Shown one piece after another: positions 60,244-64,000 of a stretch of DNA of 64,000 nucleotides (positions are counted from its first letter, which is position 1; each line of letters begins with the position of its first letter). This stretch comes from a bacterium (GTDB lineage: Bacteria; Patescibacteriota; Minisyncoccia; Phycocordibacterales; UBA9973). Under the pieces are notes generated by a model. The model saw only the letters and a list, made by a program, of their open reading frames with translations. It made no database searches and was not told the origin of the DNA. Both the position numbers and the translations under genes were made by a program. The DNA lies in assembly GCA_037143195.1 (NCBI GenBank), contig JBAWZD010000001.1:208892-272891 (forward strand), given 5' to 3'.

Positions 60244-61245
60244 TTACTTGAGATATCGAGCAATATTCTTTAAATGCTCGGCGTATGTTTTCGCGTAATG
60301 GATAGTACCATGCTTGTCGTGAAGATAATAGAGGTAGTCGGTTTGAGCCGGATGAATGGCTGCCTTGAGTGCCATGAGCCCTGGATTGGCAATCGGAGCT
60401 GGGGGTAGGCCCTTGTATTTGTACGTATTGTACGGAGAATCAATTAGAAAATCGTTTTTTTGAAGTTCGGTGTCAGATTTCTTGCTTGCATAGGCAACAG
60501 TTGCATCGACTTGAAGCGCCATACCATTTGCTATTCTGTTCCAAAGAATACCACTAATCGTTGTCCGGTCATCGCTCCCGTGTGCTTCTCGTTCTATTAA
60601 TGATGCCATGATAACAATGTCGCTTTGACTTTTCCCTTTTTCCGATTCCTGAGTTAGTACTGCTTTCGTTTGCTGGCTGAACATCGCGAGCATTTCTTTG
60701 CGTAATTCCTCGGGTGTAATTGTTGGGTAGACATAATATGTTTCTGGAAACAAATAGCCTTCGTTCGATTTTGAAATTGCAAGAAATGTTTTGGTGTCGA
60801 ATGTTGGAATTTTTTTTGCAATCGTGTCAGCAACTTCAGCATTGGTCTCTCCTTCGGGAATTGTAATTTTGATCTGATCAACGCCGTGTTGTCCAAGTGC
60901 GATTTGCTGAGCTATCGCAAACAACGTTTCGCCACTCTTAACAACATAATCTCCCGGAGAAATGTTTCTCTCGCCACCCAAAAATGTCACGATACTTGAG
61001 AAAAGAACTCGGGAACGAATAATATTCGCGTTCTGGAGTTTTGTCCCAACAGATTTGAGTGATTCCCCGCTCGTGATTGTAATGGTCGCGCCCTCTTTTG
61101 GAAAATCGCTCGGTGCTTTTATTGCAAACCACACAAAACCAAGTGCGAGGAGAAACACCACGAAAAACGCCCGGAGCCGGTTTCGCCCAATGGGCGAAAC
61201 CGGCTCATGCATTTCAAGTTCAGTTCTATTCTCGCTTGATTCCAT
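60244..61245 (-). CDS. mltG: Endolytic murein transglycosylase MltG (YceG family)
   Basis: N-terminal TM, a LysM-like segment and YceG core motifs ...GLPPAPIANPG.... Confidence 0.88.
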   Translation of the reverse strand: MESSENRTELEMHEPVSPIGRNRLRAFFVVFLLALGFVWFAIKAPSDFPKEGATITITSGESLKSVGTKLQNANIIRSRVLFSSIVTFLGGERNISPGDYVVKSGETLFAIAQQIALGQHGVDQIKITIPEGETNAEVADTIAKKIPTFDTKTFLAISKSNEGYLFPETYYVYPTITPEELRKEMLAMFSQQTKAVLTQESEKGKSQSDIVIMASLIEREAHGSDDRTTISGILWNRIANGMALQVDATVAYASKKSDTELQKNDFLIDSPYNTYKYKGLPPAPIANPGLMALKAAIHPAQTDYLYYLHDKHGTIHYAKTYAEHLKNIARYLK

Positions 61246-61251
61246 ACAAAA

Positions 61252-62565
61252 TTAAATAGGCAAATTTGAAGGTGGCTTGGCAACACGTGATTCGACACGC
61301 TTGAACGAAGGCGCTTGCGAAACCTGACCTGGGAAATGAAAGAGTGTTGCAAGTTCTTCCACATTTAAAACAGAGATAGTAAGCGGTTTTGCTCCAGTAA
61401 ATGCTTGAATAGTTGGTCCGTAATCAAACGAGTACCATAGTGGTGGATGATAAAAAATACGCAAACGGTACCAGTTCAATGTACGATTTTTCAATTTCCA
61501 AATAGCGAGTCCTGTTGGGTCAGCAAACGGCGAGTCGAATTGTGTTGCGTTTATGCGCACGAGACTGTTACTGTCCGGCGCATTATATTGACGAAACATC
61601 AAACGACTTGAACGGCGGAGTCCGTTGAAATCTTCAACTGTATTGTATCGAGCATCGGCCACACACATCAATCGGATTCCAACATCAAAACCAAGTTTCG
61701 CGATTTTCTCACGAATCTTTTCCATCTTTTCTTCGATTGTACGTGGGGCACGAACTTCAGACGCGTATGTTCCCGCTTTTGGTCCACCTTCTTGGAGACG
61801 GTACTGACGATACGGATCAAGCATGCGCTCCATTACAGCGTGAGCCTCGTCCACCCATCCGTGATGTTTTGGTGCTCCGTGACCGTGACCGTGGTACGAC
61901 TTGAGCGATGGTCGAACCACGTGCTGAATCCACACTTGCTGACCACGCTTCAATGCCCCGAGATATTCAATCGTCGGAGTCAGTGGATCAATCTTGAGTG
62001 TTTCCTTATCACTTGGCTCATCAAGGCCGTAGTCTTTATATGTACGAATAGGAAGTGCGTCGTCGTTCAGTAATTTCCATTCAGCACCCCACACATACCA
62101 ATCCTTATTTGGTGCATCAAACGGTACAGAGAGTGTGTAGTCCTCGACTTCTTTTACTTTTGCTTGTGGATATTGAGCATAAATTTGCGTCTCGACGAGA
62201 TCACGGATACGCGAAGGTGATCGAATATAGAAATGAACTTCGCCGTTAAAACCTGCGATCTCGAGTGAAAACCAAAAGTGTGGCGCACCTTGAATCCAAA
62301 TTTCCCAAAGCCCCTTTTGACTGGCATGATACATCGCATTCGTAAAAATGAGCTCCATGGCCATCGGAGATTTTTCGACATCACGAGGAACTTCGATTTC
62401 AAACAATGTCCATGTCATACCGAGAACGAAACGTTCCGTCACAAAGTGATGCCACAACTGAAAACCGATATACATCAAAAGAATCGGCGCCCACAAAAAC
62501 GCAGTCTTCTCTGCGAGCATGAGTACGAAGGAAAGTATGGTTCCGATGATGCTTAAGATGATCAT
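61252..62565 (-). CDS. Conserved hypothetical membrane-anchored protein (two N-terminal TMs, large soluble domain)
   Basis: 437-aa ORF, co-directional and tightly spaced with mltG. No family assigned by eye. Confidence 0.5.
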   Translation of the reverse strand: MIILSIIGTILSFVLMLAEKTAFLWAPILLMYIGFQLWHHFVTERFVLGMTWTLFEIEVPRDVEKSPMAMELIFTNAMYHASQKGLWEIWIQGAPHFWFSLEIAGFNGEVHFYIRSPSRIRDLVETQIYAQYPQAKVKEVEDYTLSVPFDAPNKDWYVWGAEWKLLNDDALPIRTYKDYGLDEPSDKETLKIDPLTPTIEYLGALKRGQQVWIQHVVRPSLKSYHGHGHGAPKHHGWVDEAHAVMERMLDPYRQYRLQEGGPKAGTYASEVRAPRTIEEKMEKIREKIAKLGFDVGIRLMCVADARYNTVEDFNGLRRSSRLMFRQYNAPDSNSLVRINATQFDSPFADPTGLAIWKLKNRTLNWYRLRIFYHPPLWYSFDYGPTIQAFTGAKPLTISVLNVEELATLFHFPGQVSQAPSFKRVESRVAKPPSNLPI

Positions 62566-62582
62566 AGTTCTAATCTAGTATA

Positions 62583-63026
62583 TCAGAACGTAACGGGAAT
62601 TGGATACAAAAGCCCGCTCGAACTTGTTACAAGTATTTTCCCTGTGTCAGTTGTTGGTGGTTTGGTCAGACGAATGACGGTATCAAAATATATTGGATAT
62701 GTTCCGTTGTCGCTCGGTATAGCAAGCATAGTTGGTGCACTCATCGGCAGACCCATTCCATCAAAAACTTGGACGATACCTGCACTTCCGTTTTTGGGAT
62801 CCCAGCCACAGCCGTTGATATATCCATCAATCTCGACAGGAAATTGTGCCTTTTCATTTGTGCTGTAAGTTGGATGTTGGACAGTGAGACCACACGGAAG
62901 ACGCAAAATCTTTTTGTAATTGACGGTGTCCCAAAAAGCAGGAGCGTTACGAAAGAAACCAATCAAAAATAGCACCGCAACAATGCCGGCAATGATGAGT
63001 ACAAAATTTCCTCGTTCGTGATTCAT
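62583..63026 (-). CDS. Hypothetical membrane-anchored small protein
   Basis: 147 aa with an N-terminal TM GNFVLIIAGIVAVLFLIGFF followed by an extracytoplasmic domain. Confidence 0.45.
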   Translation of the reverse strand: MNHERGNFVLIIAGIVAVLFLIGFFRNAPAFWDTVNYKKILRLPCGLTVQHPTYSTNEKAQFPVEIDGYINGCGWDPKNGSAGIVQVFDGMGLPMSAPTMLAIPSDNGTYPIYFDTVIRLTKPPTTDTGKILVTSSSGLLYPIPVTF

Positions 63027-63086
63027 GCATATATTTTATCACATCAAAAGAAAAACCACTCATTGAATGAGTGGTTTTTCTTTTGA

Positions 63087-64000
63087 TTAGACTGGAGAAT
63101 ATTTCTTGTCTTTGTTTTTCTTGAAATACTTTGGATTCTGAAGATTGACGAGGATGGTGTTCTTTTTGAGATAACGCTCTTTGAGAACTTTGTCGACGAC
63201 TTCTTCTTTGGTGAGTGGTCCTTCGCGCTTCAAGATTTCTTTGATGACATCGCGGACAACACCTGGCTTGTATCCCCATTCACTGAGGGCGTACATTCCG
63301 CGCCCAACGAGAACGAAACGATTGTCTTTGATGAGTTCATTGTGACACGTTGCTGTGTGACACTTCTTTTCAAAAGTATTTGTGATCGCTTCAGCCACTT
63401 CACGGAAATGCATCGGACTACCGTGCTTGCGCATCATGAGATATGCGTAGTCTTTGATTCCGCGAGCCTTCACTCCAGCTGCTGAAGACTTGCCCCATTC
63501 GCCGAGTGGATTCTTACAGATTCCTTTTGAGAGACAGAGCCATCGCTTTGCCATTTCTGCATCGCGCTCGCTCACATTGATCTGTTTCAATTCTTCAAGG
63601 AAACGGTCAACCATTTCACTTTCAGTAATGAGTTCATCGTCAGAGAGTTTCGAGTAGAGTGATGAAAGTGATGTGTGGACTTTGCCTGCGAGCTCATGGT
63701 CGACACTCCAGCGAGAAACGTAGTCATCGTCTTCGCGGTGCTTGATGAAATCATCACCGAGTACGAGGTAGAAGTGAACATGGTTCTGAACTTCTTCATC
63801 TTTTGAAATCGATTCGAGGAGGTCATGTTCTGCAACGAGTCCGCCGAGTTCAGTAACGATTGCTTTCAATTCATCCCAGCTTTGCTTCTCACTCTTGTAG
63901 TCTTCCGACTTTTTGATGAGTGCAAGTGCTGCTTGTTCAATCTGACGTACGCGCTCTCGTGTGATGCCGTATTTATCGCCGATCGCTTCAAGTGTCTTTC
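63087..64000 (-). CDS. Partial (N-terminus beyond window end): protein with sigma-70 region-4-like HTH followed by a C-terminal HARE-HTH-like domain
   Basis: The reading frame stays open to position 64000. Residues ...TLEAIGDKYGITRERVRQIEQAALALIKK match the sigma-70 region 4.2 HTH. The C-terminal GSPMHFREVAEAITNTFEKK...NRFVLVGRGMYALSEW matches the HARE-HTH pattern. Confidence 0.55.
   Translation of the reverse strand, partial: KTLEAIGDKYGITRERVRQIEQAALALIKKSEDYKSEKQSWDELKAIVTELGGLVAEHDLLESISKDEEVQNHVHFYLVLGDDFIKHREDDDYVSRWSVDHELAGKVHTSLSSLYSKLSDDELITESEMVDRFLEELKQINVSERDAEMAKRWLCLSKGICKNPLGEWGKSSAAGVKARGIKDYAYLMMRKHGSPMHFREVAEAITNTFEKKCHTATCHNELIKDNRFVLVGRGMYALSEWGYKPGVVRDVIKEILKREGPLTKEEVVDKVLKERYLKKNTILVNLQNPKYFKKNKDKKYSPV

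Overview
Most of this 64 kb window is dense, mostly housekeeping bacterial DNA with no rRNA, CRISPR array or transposase/integrase; the features worth a second look are a ~120-nt structured intergenic repeat in two copies with compensatory substitutions, a SAM-I riboswitch upstream of metK, an ATP-cone/Mrr-nuclease fusion gene, and a four-gene membrane cluster around a standalone DUF2156 (MprF-C-like) transferase flanked by two paralogous membrane proteins.

The gene content, short aminoacyl-tRNA synthetases, many membrane-anchored hypotheticals and weak Shine-Dalgarno signals suggest a reduced-genome organism, possibly Patescibacteria/CPR-like; that placement is inference.

Recognisable genes and gene groups:
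- An F1 ATP synthase block (atpG, atpD, atpC).
- metK preceded by the SAM-I riboswitch.
- rsmI, ctpA, rplI, rpmA, rluB and rplU.
- A cell-wall block on the minus strand (murG, ftsW, mraY, a Mur ligase, an S11 DD-carboxypeptidase) running directly into scpB and scpA.
- Four aminoacyl-tRNA synthetases (gltX, an archaeal/eukaryal-type short aspS, trpS, cysS) plus gatB.
- dnaB, recR, dnaJ and mltG.
- Metal transporters (NRAMP, CorA).
- A GAF histidine kinase.
- A polyamine cluster (speA-like decarboxylase, a deoxyhypusine-synthase homologue, agmatinase).

Other observations, all inferred from sequence only:
- The window opens with a C-terminal fragment of a HepT/DUF86 toxin.
- A consensus sigma-70 promoter sits directly in front of a terminator hairpin downstream of atpC, which could be a small RNA.
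- A low-GC block of two ORFans is bracketed by strong terminators downstream of a TrpR/YerC-like regulator.
- A sigma-70 region-4 plus HARE-HTH protein is truncated at the window end.

No tRNA could be confirmed by eye.
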